DNA of 64,000 nucleotides from Clostridiales bacterium (GCA_016288155.1 JAEEYP010000105.1:2746-66745); one strand, 5' to 3'; shown: positions 18,944 to 27,680, numbered from the stretch's first letter. Program-made: numbers and translations. Notes: generated from the letters alone by a model not told the origin.

Positions 18944-20575
18944 TCAGCCGATCTCATACAGCGCCATCTCACCGGCGTGCAGGACCTGCCGCTCCGGCTC
19001 CCGGCGATACAGCGCCTCCCCCGCAAGAGGAATCGCGCGCGGCGTTCCCCCGCCGCGAAGCGTCAGGGAGAACGGGACCGCCGCCGCCGCGTTCTGCGTC
19101 TCGCCGTCCCGCGGCGTTTTGGTAACGCCCTTGTGATTGTACAGCGCAAGATACCGGTGCGCCCCGGCTGAAAACAGCTGATAATCGAGCGCCCCGCCGT
19201 CCTCCAGCGAAAACGGGAGCGCGGCGGCGACGCGCCCGATCGCCGCGTCGGCGGCCTGCCGATCGAAGCCGTCGGCGACGTTCTCTCCGCACAGCCGCCC
19301 CGAAAAGTCGATCAGCAGCTCGTATTCCTTCTGCGGCGAGGGGTAGGAGTCGTCGTAGATCACGTCGAACAAACTTCCCCAACCGCCCGCCGCCATGATA
19401 TAGTCTTCCCCGCCGAGCTGCCGTCCGTCGTCGAAATACGCGTGGATGCGGTGCGCGAGATCCTTGAATTTTTCGTCGGCGACATCGTTCGGATAATCGG
19501 GATACCCGTCGCTGACGGAGAACATGGCGAACTCCCGCGGGATCACCGCGGCGATCGGCACGTACGGTCTCACGCCGCCGAAGCGGCGGAGATCCGCAAG
19601 AAAATCCCGCTTGATCTCCCCGTACGGACTGAGCGTGAAACTCTCCCATTCGTAAAACGTATTCGCCTGCCCCCACTCCTCCGAGAAATAGTCCGCGCCG
19701 GCGAAGAGCGAATAATACATGATCCTGCGCGCGAGCGACAGGGAGCTCCCGCCGCTGCCGTCCGTCGCCTGAAAGAGAAAATTCGAGGCGTCGAGATACC
19801 ACTCGTTGGAGCGGTCGCGCATGAACAGATAGGCGGTGCACGGAGAGCGCGCCCACGGCTCCAGATAGACGCCCCAGCGCTTGCCCCTCGATCGGGAGAC
19901 GCCGCGCCGCAGAGCGAACTGCGTCCGCGCAAAACCCGTCTGCGCGCCGACCTCGATGAACGAGGTCTCCACGTCCGCTTCCTTTTCGAGCCCGCAGAGC
20001 ATCGGTCCCGCGTCGCAGTTCAGGATCCGTCCCGCCAAGCGCCTCTGGCGATCCTTCCACATACCGAGCAGATCGCCGACGTACTCCGAGCGCGTGGTCG
20101 GCGGCGTCAGAGCGGCGTATTCCTCCGGGTACCCGTTTGAAAAATGGGGATACTCCTTATTTTTGGAAACGAGCCGGACGGCGTACAAGATATTCTCCGC
20201 CGTTCGGGACAGTCCCGTCGCGGCGAGCTGCTTTTCGATCCTCTTGTGATCGAGCGCGCGCGTCGTGCCGGATTCGTGCAGCTGAAAACCGAGGAAGCCC
20301 CCGTCCGTGATCCGGTCGTATTCGTCGGCGAGCGAAAGATCGAACGGGTACCGGGAGATGAACGTCCCGCCCTGCAGCCGGTCCACGTAAAAGCAGCCCA
20401 CCGTCTCCCTCGCCAGCTCGTACAGCGCGCCGCCGCGCCGCGCGACGGTATTGAAGCGCATCTCCTCCGGCGTCGCGAAGTGCTGGGTGATCTTGAGGCC
20501 GTCGCCCCGTCGGAGCATCCCCCGCTCTTTCAGCCCCCGGACGTACCGCGGGTTGTAGTTATGGATCCACGTCAT
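18944..20575 (-). CDS. Hypothetical 543-aa cytoplasmic protein, possibly a glycoside-hydrolase-like TIM barrel
   Basis: Long ORF with native codon bias and a perfect consensus promoter upstream. I recognise no family. Confidence 0.75.
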   Translation of the reverse strand: MTWIHNYNPRYVRGLKERGMLRRGDGLKITQHFATPEEMRFNTVARRGGALYELARETVGCFYVDRLQGGTFISRYPFDLSLADEYDRITDGGFLGFQLHESGTTRALDHKRIEKQLAATGLSRTAENILYAVRLVSKNKEYPHFSNGYPEEYAALTPPTTRSEYVGDLLGMWKDRQRRLAGRILNCDAGPMLCGLEKEADVETSFIEVGAQTGFARTQFALRRGVSRSRGKRWGVYLEPWARSPCTAYLFMRDRSNEWYLDASNFLFQATDGSGGSSLSLARRIMYYSLFAGADYFSEEWGQANTFYEWESFTLSPYGEIKRDFLADLRRFGGVRPYVPIAAVIPREFAMFSVSDGYPDYPNDVADEKFKDLAHRIHAYFDDGRQLGGEDYIMAAGGWGSLFDVIYDDSYPSPQKEYELLIDFSGRLCGENVADGFDRQAADAAIGRVAAALPFSLEDGGALDYQLFSAGAHRYLALYNHKGVTKTPRDGETQNAAAAVPFSLTLRGGGTPRAIPLAGEALYRREPERQVLHAGEMALYEIG

Positions 20576-20641
20576 CGCCGCCGTCCCTCCGTCTCATCGT
20601 TCTGCCCCGTCCGTTCTCCGTTTTCATTCCTGCCGCTTTCC

Positions 20642-20670
20642 ATTATAACCGACCGTGCCCGGTCTGTCAA
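20642..20670 (-). promoter_or_regulatory. Perfect consensus promoter TTGACA-17-TATAAT for 18944..20575
   Basis: The reverse complement reads cTTGACAgaccgggcacggtcggtTATAATgg. Confidence 0.7.
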
Positions 20671-20675
20671 GCGCT

Positions 20676-20719
20676 CGGACGATTTTGCCCGGCGTTATCG
20701 CCCCGGACGATTTGCCCGC
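20676..20719 (+). repeat. Two exact 16-bp direct repeats cggacgattttgcccg (20676-20691, 20704-20719) between divergent promoters
   Basis: Exact match read from the sequence. The period is 28 bp. Each copy lies 5-7 bp outside a -35 hexamer. Confidence 0.9.
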
Positions 20720-20726
20720 GCCGTCT

Positions 20727-20755
20727 TGTAATCCCGCGGGGAATGTGTTATAATT
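20727..20755 (+). promoter_or_regulatory. Promoter TTGTAA-17-TATAAT (TG-extended) for the homocysteine methyltransferase operon
   Basis: cTTGTAAtcccgcggggaatgtgtTATAATtac. Confidence 0.65.
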
Positions 20756-20793
20756 ACTTAAAATCATGAAGCGCGGAGCGAGGCGATTATCCG

Positions 20794-21083
20794 ATGCTCC
20801 TGCCGCACGCCGCAAAAGATCCGTTTGAAGAAGCGGACGCCGGATGGCATCTGCTCTCCTATGATAAGGCGGTCCGCGCGTCCGCTGGGAGGCGGTCGAC
20901 GGCGCGGCGGGCTATATCGTGCGCTTCGGCATCCGTCCGGGCGAGCGGCACACGCACCGGCAGGTGATCGGGAATACGGAAGCGGTCATCCGCTGCCTCA
21001 CGCGCGGCGCGACGTATTACGTGAGCGTCGATGCGTACAACGCCGGCGGCACAATCCGCGGAACGGACGTCGCGCGCATATGA
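20794..21083 (+). pseudogene. Relic of the C-terminal Fn3-like module of a larger (probably CAZyme) gene, with a +2 frameshift near 20878
   Basis: Frame 1 reads MLLPHAAKDPFEEADAGWHLLSYDKAVRA. Frame 3 continues VRWEAVDGAAGYIVRFGIRPGE...ATYYVSVDAYNAGGT..., a classic Fn3 pattern. The junction gcggtccgcGCgtccgctgg looks like a 2-nt insertion. Confidence 0.55.
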
Positions 21084-21123
21084 ACGCACCCGAATGAAAA
21101 AATACGTATACGGAGGAAATACC

Positions 21124-21975
21124 ATGAAGCAAGGCATCACCCTGATGGACGGCGCGGTCGGCACCTCGCTCTGGGCAAAAGCGGAGGCGCGCGGCTGGAA
21201 GAAGGATCCCGTGTGGCGCTACAACATCGAGCACCCGGAGATCGTGGCGGAGCTCGCCCTCGAATACGCCGACGCCGGAGCGGAGATCATTCTCGCCAAC
21301 ACCTTCGGCGCGAACGGTCCGGCGGTGAAGCGCTCCTCGTCCTTCGATCCCGCCGACGTCGTCGCCCACGGCGTGCGCACCGTCCGGGAAGCACTGCGCG
21401 GGCGCGGCGTGAAGATCGCCCTCTCCGCCGGACCGCTGTCCGCCCTCATGGAGCCCTACGGCGATCTGACCGAGGAAGATACGGCACAGATCTACCGCGG
21501 CATGCTCTCCGCGGGCGTGAAGGAAGGACCGGATATCATCCTGCTCCAGACCTTCATGGATCTCGCCATGCTCCGCGTCGCGGCGGCGGAGGCGAAGCGC
21601 TTCGATCTCCCCGTCTTCTGCTGCCTGACCTTCGAGCGGCGCGGCAAAACGATGATGGGCAACTCGGTCGGAGACATGATCGAAGAACTGACGCCGCTCG
21701 GCGTCGACGCCGTCGGCATGAACTGCTCCCTCGGCCCGGATCTGGCGCTCCCCGTCATCCGCGAATTCGCCGAGGCGACGGATCTGCCGCTCGTCTTCAA
21801 GCCGAACGCCGGCAAGCCGATCCTCTCCGCCGACGGCGGCACGACCACGGCGTACAGCGCCGAGACCTTCGCCGAAGAGATCGCCCCCGCGCTCGATATC
21901 GTCGATTACGCGGGCGGCTGCTGCGGCAGCGATCCGTCCTATATCCGCGCGCTCGCAGCCCGGATGGGAAAATGA
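21124..21975 (+). CDS. Homocysteine S-methyltransferase domain protein (stand-alone MetH-N/MmuM-like)
   Basis: MKQGITLMDGAVGTSL, ANTFGAN, and the zinc ligands GMNCS and GGCCGS. GGAGG lies 7 nt upstream. Confidence 0.85.
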   Translation: MKQGITLMDGAVGTSLWAKAEARGWKKDPVWRYNIEHPEIVAELALEYADAGAEIILANTFGANGPAVKRSSSFDPADVVAHGVRTVREALRGRGVKIALSAGPLSALMEPYGDLTEEDTAQIYRGMLSAGVKEGPDIILLQTFMDLAMLRVAAAEAKRFDLPVFCCLTFERRGKTMMGNSVGDMIEELTPLGVDAVGMNCSLGPDLALPVIREFAEATDLPLVFKPNAGKPILSADGGTTTAYSAETFAEEIAPALDIVDYAGGCCGSDPSYIRALAARMGK

Positions 21976-22006
21976 CCGTCCCCGAAACACAAAGGAGGAA
22001 AGCGGT

Positions 22007-23248
22007 ATGAACAAAAGAATGCCGAAAAACAAACTCGTCACGGGAGCGTATATCCTGCAGCCCTACGCGCAGACCGAGAAGCATATAAAAGAACTGGCGG
22101 AATGCGGCGTCGACATGGTCGTCTGTCTCCACCCGAAGGATCGGGGCGTCCTCGATCTGCTTGAAAAATATCACGTCGGCTGCGTTGTGACCGGCATCCT
22201 GCCCGGCTGGTGGGGCGGGGACGGCGCGAACGCCGGCACGATGCATGAAAAGCGTCCGCTCGCCGCCTACGAGGAAGCGGCGCGCGCCTTCGCCGATCAC
22301 CCGGCGGTCTGGGGCGTCGACATCGGCGACGAGCCGAGCGCGCTCGATTTCGACCATTACGGAAAGATCGCGCGCACGACGGAGAACGCCTTCGCCAACC
22401 AGTTCGCCTACCTCAACCTGTATCCGAGCTACGCCTCCGTCGCCTCGAATACGGAGGAGCAGACGTACTGCCAGCTCGGCACCGCGACGTACGCCGAGTA
22501 TATCGAGCGGTATATCGAAAAGATCGACCTGCCGTATCTCTGCTACGATTTCTATCCCTATCCGCTGCCGGAGCCGACAGGGATCGGGCAGATGTTCGAG
22601 AACTATCACATCGCCGCGAACGCGTGCCGCCGCACCGGGCGCGATCTCTGGTACGTTCCGCAGGTGAACGGACGCGGGGAAACGGACTTCACCTCGCTCA
22701 ACATGCTCCGCTTTCAGGCGTATACGGCGCTGTGCTACGGCGCGGCGGCGATCTTCTGGGCGTGCTATACGGGCGGCTGGTGGCACAACAACGTGCTCGA
22801 TACGGAAGGAAACAAAACCGAACAGTACGACAAACTCAAGACCGTGAACGCGGAACTGCACGCGATCGGCGGCGCGTACATGAAGTACAGAAACGTCTCC
22901 ACCCATCTCCTCGGGTACGAAGCCGATGAGTGGATGCCCTCCGCCCTCCGGGCGCTGTCGAAGCCCTCCCTCGACGCGGGGTTCGTGCGCGATCTGAAAG
23001 CCGGGGGAGCCCGGCTCGTAATCGGCGAGATGGTCGGCCGGACGGACGCGGAGGAGCGGGCGCTGTTTCTCTGCAACGCCTCGGATCCCTATGACAGGAC
23101 GCCGTCGTGCGCGGAGATCACGTTCACGTCCTTAAAGCGCAGCGTGACGATCCGCAGCGGCGACGGGGCTGCACGGCTGAGCAAAAACGGCGATGCGTAT
23201 TCCCTCTCCCTTCCCGCCGGCAGCGGCGTCCTGATCACGTTCGACTGA
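22007..23248 (+). CDS. Hypothetical protein, clan GH-A-like TIM-barrel glycoside hydrolase candidate
   Basis: 413 aa. IGDEPS (an NEP-like acid/base strand) and an aromatic-rich barrel pattern. RBS AAAGGAGG. It lies 31 nt after the preceding gene. Confidence 0.7.
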   Translation: MNKRMPKNKLVTGAYILQPYAQTEKHIKELAECGVDMVVCLHPKDRGVLDLLEKYHVGCVVTGILPGWWGGDGANAGTMHEKRPLAAYEEAARAFADHPAVWGVDIGDEPSALDFDHYGKIARTTENAFANQFAYLNLYPSYASVASNTEEQTYCQLGTATYAEYIERYIEKIDLPYLCYDFYPYPLPEPTGIGQMFENYHIAANACRRTGRDLWYVPQVNGRGETDFTSLNMLRFQAYTALCYGAAAIFWACYTGGWWHNNVLDTEGNKTEQYDKLKTVNAELHAIGGAYMKYRNVSTHLLGYEADEWMPSALRALSKPSLDAGFVRDLKAGGARLVIGEMVGRTDAEERALFLCNASDPYDRTPSCAEITFTSLKRSVTIRSGDGAARLSKNGDAYSLSLPAGSGVLITFD

Positions 23249-23275
23249 ACGCGGGATCACAGCAGAATACCGAAC

Positions 23276-23313
23276 GCCGCCGCAGGGATATGCGTCCCTG
23301 CGGCGGTCTTTTT
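23276..23313 (+). terminator. Rho-independent terminator
   Basis: gccgccgcaggga / tccctgcggcgg stem, then tcTTTTT. Confidence 0.8.
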
Positions 23314-23369
23314 GCGTCCTCCCTCCCGCGGCCGGATCAACCGTAAGCGGACGCTCCTTCAACTTGCAG

Positions 23370-23398
23370 TTGACATACTTCCGCAAAAATGCTATAAT
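23370..23398 (+). promoter_or_regulatory. Perfect consensus promoter TTGACA-17-TATAAT (TG-extended)
   Basis: gTTGACAtacttccgcaaaaatgcTATAATgg. Confidence 0.75.
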
Positions 23399-23444
23399 GG
23401 AAAAAAACTTCCCAACAGATCCATATTGTCAACGGAGGCACACC

Positions 23445-24932
23445 ATGAAAAAAGCTCTGCTCTTTTTCCTCGCCGCGGCGATGCTTCTGCCGCTGTTTGT
23501 TGCCTGCTCAGATAAGCCGAGCTCCGGCACGTCCGACAAATCCGGCACTTCGACCGGCAGCGGAACGCCTTCCGTTACGGAACCGGAGGAAACGGAATAC
23601 ATCTTCCCCGACGCCGTCCCGGCCCTCGATTTCGACGGTGCGGATTTCAACATTCTCGAATCAAGCGAAAGAAACTGGTTTTACACGGACGATCTGAACG
23701 GCGAAAAGCTCAATGACGCCGTGTTCGAGCGCAACAGAAAGCTCGAGGAGCGCTTCCATATCAAGATCGCCGAGCCGGCCACCGTCGGATGGTCGGAGGT
23801 CATCAATCTCGCTTCGACGCTCGTACCGGCCGGCGACGACCAGTACGACATGGTCTCCCATCTCATGCAGCGGACGTGGAACCTCATGTCCAACGACGTG
23901 CTGCGGAACGTGCTCACGCTCCCGTACATCGACATCGACAACCCGTGGTACACGCAGGGGCTGGACGAAGCGATCATCGACGGAAAGCTGCTCTTTCTGA
24001 CGAGCGACTACACGCTCAGCTATACGGCCGCGACGGTCGTCATGTATTTCAACAAGACGAAGTGGATCGACTATATCCACTCGACAGAGGATCTGTACCA
24101 GATCGTCCGGGACGGCAAGTGGACGATCGACCGCGTGATGGAGTATTCCGTCGATCTCTACAACGACCTGAACGGCGATTCCAGAAGGGATGAGGACGAC
24201 TTCTACGGCTTCGCCGCGAACTACATCTCCAGCGTGAACGCGTGGGTCTACGGTGCAAACATGCGCCGGATCAAAATCGTCGGCGACGAGTATCTCATCG
24301 AGCAGGATATGATGAACGAGCAGCTCATTGATCTGTACACGAAACTCCGCTATCTCATGACCGAATCGAAGGGAGCCGCCGCCTTCCTCATCAGTGAACG
24401 CAACGACACCGACAACAGCGTCTTCTTCCTCAGCGGCCACGCGCTGTTCTCGTCGTTCAGCGTGGGCACGATGACGACGCCGGAGATGGTCGCCATGGAG
24501 GACGACTTCGGCGTCCTGCCGGTACCGAAATGGAACGAGGATCAGCAGGAATATTACACGAACGTCGACAACGGGACCGCCGATGTCATCGGCGTCCTGA
24601 AGACCGTAAAGGACGTCGAGCTGGTCGGCGCGGTGATCGAGTCGATGAGCGCGCTGAGCTACGAGGAGGTCGTTCCGCTCTACTGTCAGTCCGTGCTCGA
24701 GCTGCGCGGCGCGCGCGACCCGGAATCCTCCGAGATGCTCCGCATGGTCATCAACACGCGCGTGATGGACTGGGAAACGCTCTACGCCGGTTATGACGGA
24801 TGGACGACGCGCCAGAGAAAATTCGTGAACACCGCCGACTGCCCCGAGCTCGTTTCCGGCATCGTCTCGCGGCTCCAGGAGGTTCTGAACATCTACGACA
24901 GGACGATCGAGACGCTTCTCGATCTGGAATGA
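23445..24932 (+). CDS. Extracellular solute-binding lipoprotein, paralog 2 of 5
   Basis: GGAGG at 23434. MKKALLFFLAAAMLLPLFVAC lipobox. NPWY, DLNGDS and GVLPVPKW motifs are shared with the paralogs. Confidence 0.7.
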   Translation: MKKALLFFLAAAMLLPLFVACSDKPSSGTSDKSGTSTGSGTPSVTEPEETEYIFPDAVPALDFDGADFNILESSERNWFYTDDLNGEKLNDAVFERNRKLEERFHIKIAEPATVGWSEVINLASTLVPAGDDQYDMVSHLMQRTWNLMSNDVLRNVLTLPYIDIDNPWYTQGLDEAIIDGKLLFLTSDYTLSYTAATVVMYFNKTKWIDYIHSTEDLYQIVRDGKWTIDRVMEYSVDLYNDLNGDSRRDEDDFYGFAANYISSVNAWVYGANMRRIKIVGDEYLIEQDMMNEQLIDLYTKLRYLMTESKGAAAFLISERNDTDNSVFFLSGHALFSSFSVGTMTTPEMVAMEDDFGVLPVPKWNEDQQEYYTNVDNGTADVIGVLKTVKDVELVGAVIESMSALSYEEVVPLYCQSVLELRGARDPESSEMLRMVINTRVMDWETLYAGYDGWTTRQRKFVNTADCPELVSGIVSRLQEVLNIYDRTIETLLDLE

Positions 24933-24967
24933 CCGCCGCCGGCCGCCGCACGAAAGGAAAACAAGAA

Positions 24968-25007
24968 CAGCACCGCAAGGGACACCCCCCTGCGGTGCTG
25001 TTTTTTT
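24968..25007. terminator. Rho-independent terminator between convergent genes
   Basis: cagcaccgca / tgcggtgctg stem, then TTTTTTT. Confidence 0.8.
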
Positions 25008-25050
25008 ATTTGGGATCGGACGTTTCCGGCGGGGAACTCCCCTTCCCCGT

Positions 25051-26508
25051 TCACTCCTCCGAGACGCGTCCGACGGGCGTCAGGTTTTCGTTCGGGCACA
25101 GCTTTCCCTTCGCGCCGCGGAGCGTCTCCACACAGCGGATCTTCAATTCGCGGCACGGCGCGAGCGGATAGGGCGCTCTGAACGTGTCCCTGTTCTCCGC
25201 GTTGACGAGCGGATTATAATCGCTGAACCAATAGAATCCTCCGTCTCCGGGCGTCTCGGTATCGTCCACGGTCAGCCCGTCTACGGTGATCGTATCCGGC
25301 ATGGCGCAGTCGTAGCCGAAATCGTGCTGGCCGTCGTTGGAGAAGCGGAAGGCGCACGGCGAACCGGTCCGGCCCGGACGCCAGAGAACGTTGCGGATCA
25401 CGACGTCGCCGTGCCAGGTGGAGCCGTAGTCGGAACGGAAGCCGATGAGCCTGCCGCAGCAGATCACGCTGTCCTCGATCGTCAGCCGGCCGAAGCCGAT
25501 CGCGTTCACCCCCATATGCCCGAGCGTGCAGCGGCGGACCGTATAATTGTACATGCCCTGATGCGCGTCGGTGCGGGAGAAGGTACAGCCGTCGAAGGTG
25601 ACGTATTTGCAGAAGTTGGAGCCGACGATCCCCCAGCGGGACGAGTCGAGGATGCCGTCCTGATAACAGTCCTTGAACAGGATATCGCAGCCGGAGAAGA
25701 TATTGATATCGTACGAACCCATCGACACGGACTTTCCGGCGGAACCGATCGTGTAGTACGTCTTGTGGGAGGCGAGGAAGCAGTCGCGCACGGTGACGCG
25801 GGCGCAGCCGGAGATGCTGATGAAGCCTCTGTACGGCGCGCCGGTCTCGCCCTCGCCGGTCACCTCGTGGCGGATATCGCGCAGTTCCGTGTTCGAGCGG
25901 GAGACGACGATATCGCGCTCGTAGTAGTTGTAGGCGGACGGCTCGCCGTTGGCGATCGTCGTGAAGTGCCCGCCGCGGATAAAAAGCGTCTTCTCCTCGA
26001 TGGGGCAGGCGGAGACGGAATCGATCGCGTCGAAATCCCACAAAAGCTCGTGGACAATCGTACCGTCCGCCTTCACCTCGAAGCAGTCCGTCTGCGGCGT
26101 TCCGTCGTTCTGATTGAGTCCGCGCCGGATATAGCGGCGGATACTCGACTGCCGGACGACGACGTAGCAGTCCGCGCCGGGCGCAAATCCGATGTTCTTC
26201 TGTCCCCGGTGCAGAGACGTGATCACCAGCTCCAGCGGCGCGAGGCGGCTGACGGCGCGGAAGACCGGCGCTCTTCGGTCCTCGACGGCGCGGTCGTCGA
26301 TCACGAAGCGGGAATTGCCCCAATCCGTATCGGTGGCGATCTCCGCCGTCAGCGCGCGTCCGCCGATATAGTATCGCGCGTCCGGCGCGGTGCGGACGGG
26401 GAGATCGTGCTCGTTGGCGTAGGCGTGCGCGGCGGCGACGGCGGGCATGTCATCCGTGACGCCGTCCCCCTTCGCGCCGAACTGCTCGTAGGTCACAAAC
26501 GGGATCAT
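25051..26508 (-). CDS. Right-handed beta-helix protein (pectate-lyase-superfamily/GH28-related fold)
   Basis: Start MIPFVTYEQFGAKGDGVTDD (Pectate_lyase_3-type N-terminus) with GGAGG 7 nt upstream. Repetitive Cys/Gly-rich coil pattern. Confidence 0.6.
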   Translation of the reverse strand: MIPFVTYEQFGAKGDGVTDDMPAVAAAHAYANEHDLPVRTAPDARYYIGGRALTAEIATDTDWGNSRFVIDDRAVEDRRAPVFRAVSRLAPLELVITSLHRGQKNIGFAPGADCYVVVRQSSIRRYIRRGLNQNDGTPQTDCFEVKADGTIVHELLWDFDAIDSVSACPIEEKTLFIRGGHFTTIANGEPSAYNYYERDIVVSRSNTELRDIRHEVTGEGETGAPYRGFISISGCARVTVRDCFLASHKTYYTIGSAGKSVSMGSYDINIFSGCDILFKDCYQDGILDSSRWGIVGSNFCKYVTFDGCTFSRTDAHQGMYNYTVRRCTLGHMGVNAIGFGRLTIEDSVICCGRLIGFRSDYGSTWHGDVVIRNVLWRPGRTGSPCAFRFSNDGQHDFGYDCAMPDTITVDGLTVDDTETPGDGGFYWFSDYNPLVNAENRDTFRAPYPLAPCRELKIRCVETLRGAKGKLCPNENLTPVGRVSEE

Positions 26509-26530
26509 GCTCGATCCTCCTGTATTCTCT

Positions 26531-27583
26531 TTATTCATCCGTCAGCAGCGTATCGGACAGTACCTTCAGCTCCTCCTCCGTCAGCCCGATGTCGAGGAAA
26601 TAACGCCGCACCTGCGTCTGCAGATCCGCGCCGTCCGCGCCGTACTCGCGCCGCAAGGCCTCCCGGGTATCGGCAAATTCCGGATAATTGCGGGAGCGCT
26701 CGCCCCACACGGAGAGCGACGTCGCCTCGTAATCGAGCACGCAGTTCTCCTCCGGCACGCCGAGGAAGCCGAGGATGAGATACGCCATCGTCCCGGTGCG
26801 GTCCGCGCCCGCCCAGCAGTGGAAGTACAGCGGATAGATCGACGGATCGCACAAAAGCCGGAAGATATCGCACGCCTCCTGCCGGCGCTCCTCCACGCGG
26901 ACGTCCGGCACGACGACGCCGCGGTACGCGCCGAACGGCGCGTAGATCCGCTTCACGCCCCAGGGGGCGAGGACGCCCTCCTCGCTCGTGCCTCCGCCTC
27001 CGCGCAGATCGAAATCGCTTCTCAGGCAGAGCTCCTCGGCCATGATGCGCATGCCGTCTTGTGTCAGATGGAAATTCGGCTCCAGCTCCGTGCCGCGGAA
27101 CATCATGCCCTGCTTCACGCGCCGTCCGTCCGTCGTTTTCCAGCCGCCGATGTCGCGGACGTTGGAGACGTTCGGCGCGTACACGAAGCGCGGCTGCTCG
27201 TCCGCCGTCGTGAACGGGACGTCGTCGGACACGGCGATGACTTCCCCGTCCCGGTACGCGGTGACGCGGCAGACGTACGCGCACGCGGTATGGAGGTACG
27301 GCATCCGGATAGAAGTCTCCTCCGTGCGGCGCGAAAGCACGTTCCCGTCCCGGCGGATGAATTGCGCGACGTAGTACTCCGCGCCGGCCTCGGCGGTCCA
27401 CGCCATGAAGAGCGGCGCGGAGGCGGAGCGATCCAAGCCTTCGCCGTACAGTTTTTCATACTCGAGCGTCCTGTCCACGATCGACAGGCGGTATGCGAGA
27501 TCTCCCTCGACGAACTTTTTCTGCACGTCGGTGAAGAAGGAGATCTCCTCGTTTTCGTGCGGTGTCAGGATCTGCAGCTGCAT
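26531..27583 (-). CDS. Protein-tyrosine-phosphatase-like (CX5R) phosphatase with an N-terminal Fn3/beta-sandwich domain
   Basis: HCWAGADRTG P-loop. N-terminal AWTAEAGAEYYVAQF...YVCRVTAY is Fn3-like. Confidence 0.7.
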   Translation of the reverse strand: MQLQILTPHENEEISFFTDVQKKFVEGDLAYRLSIVDRTLEYEKLYGEGLDRSASAPLFMAWTAEAGAEYYVAQFIRRDGNVLSRRTEETSIRMPYLHTACAYVCRVTAYRDGEVIAVSDDVPFTTADEQPRFVYAPNVSNVRDIGGWKTTDGRRVKQGMMFRGTELEPNFHLTQDGMRIMAEELCLRSDFDLRGGGGTSEEGVLAPWGVKRIYAPFGAYRGVVVPDVRVEERRQEACDIFRLLCDPSIYPLYFHCWAGADRTGTMAYLILGFLGVPEENCVLDYEATSLSVWGERSRNYPEFADTREALRREYGADGADLQTQVRRYFLDIGLTEEELKVLSDTLLTDE

Positions 27584-27648
27584 GACGGTATACCTCGGTT
27601 TTCCGCCGATCTGTCGGCTGAATATTTATAATAAGAATACGGCCGCGG

Positions 27649-27680
27649 AAAAGGCAGGAACCAGACGGCCCCTGCCTCCG
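27649..27680 (-). terminator. Probable terminator after SBP paralog 3
   Basis: On the minus strand, aggcagg...cctgcct stem followed by TTTTCC. Confidence 0.45.

Noticed and set aside
20825-21097. 90-aa ORF MKKRTPDGICSPMIRRSARPLGGG...
   Set aside because: Arg-rich nonsense frame. A different frame of the same DNA encodes a clean Fn3 module, so this is called a pseudogene relic instead.
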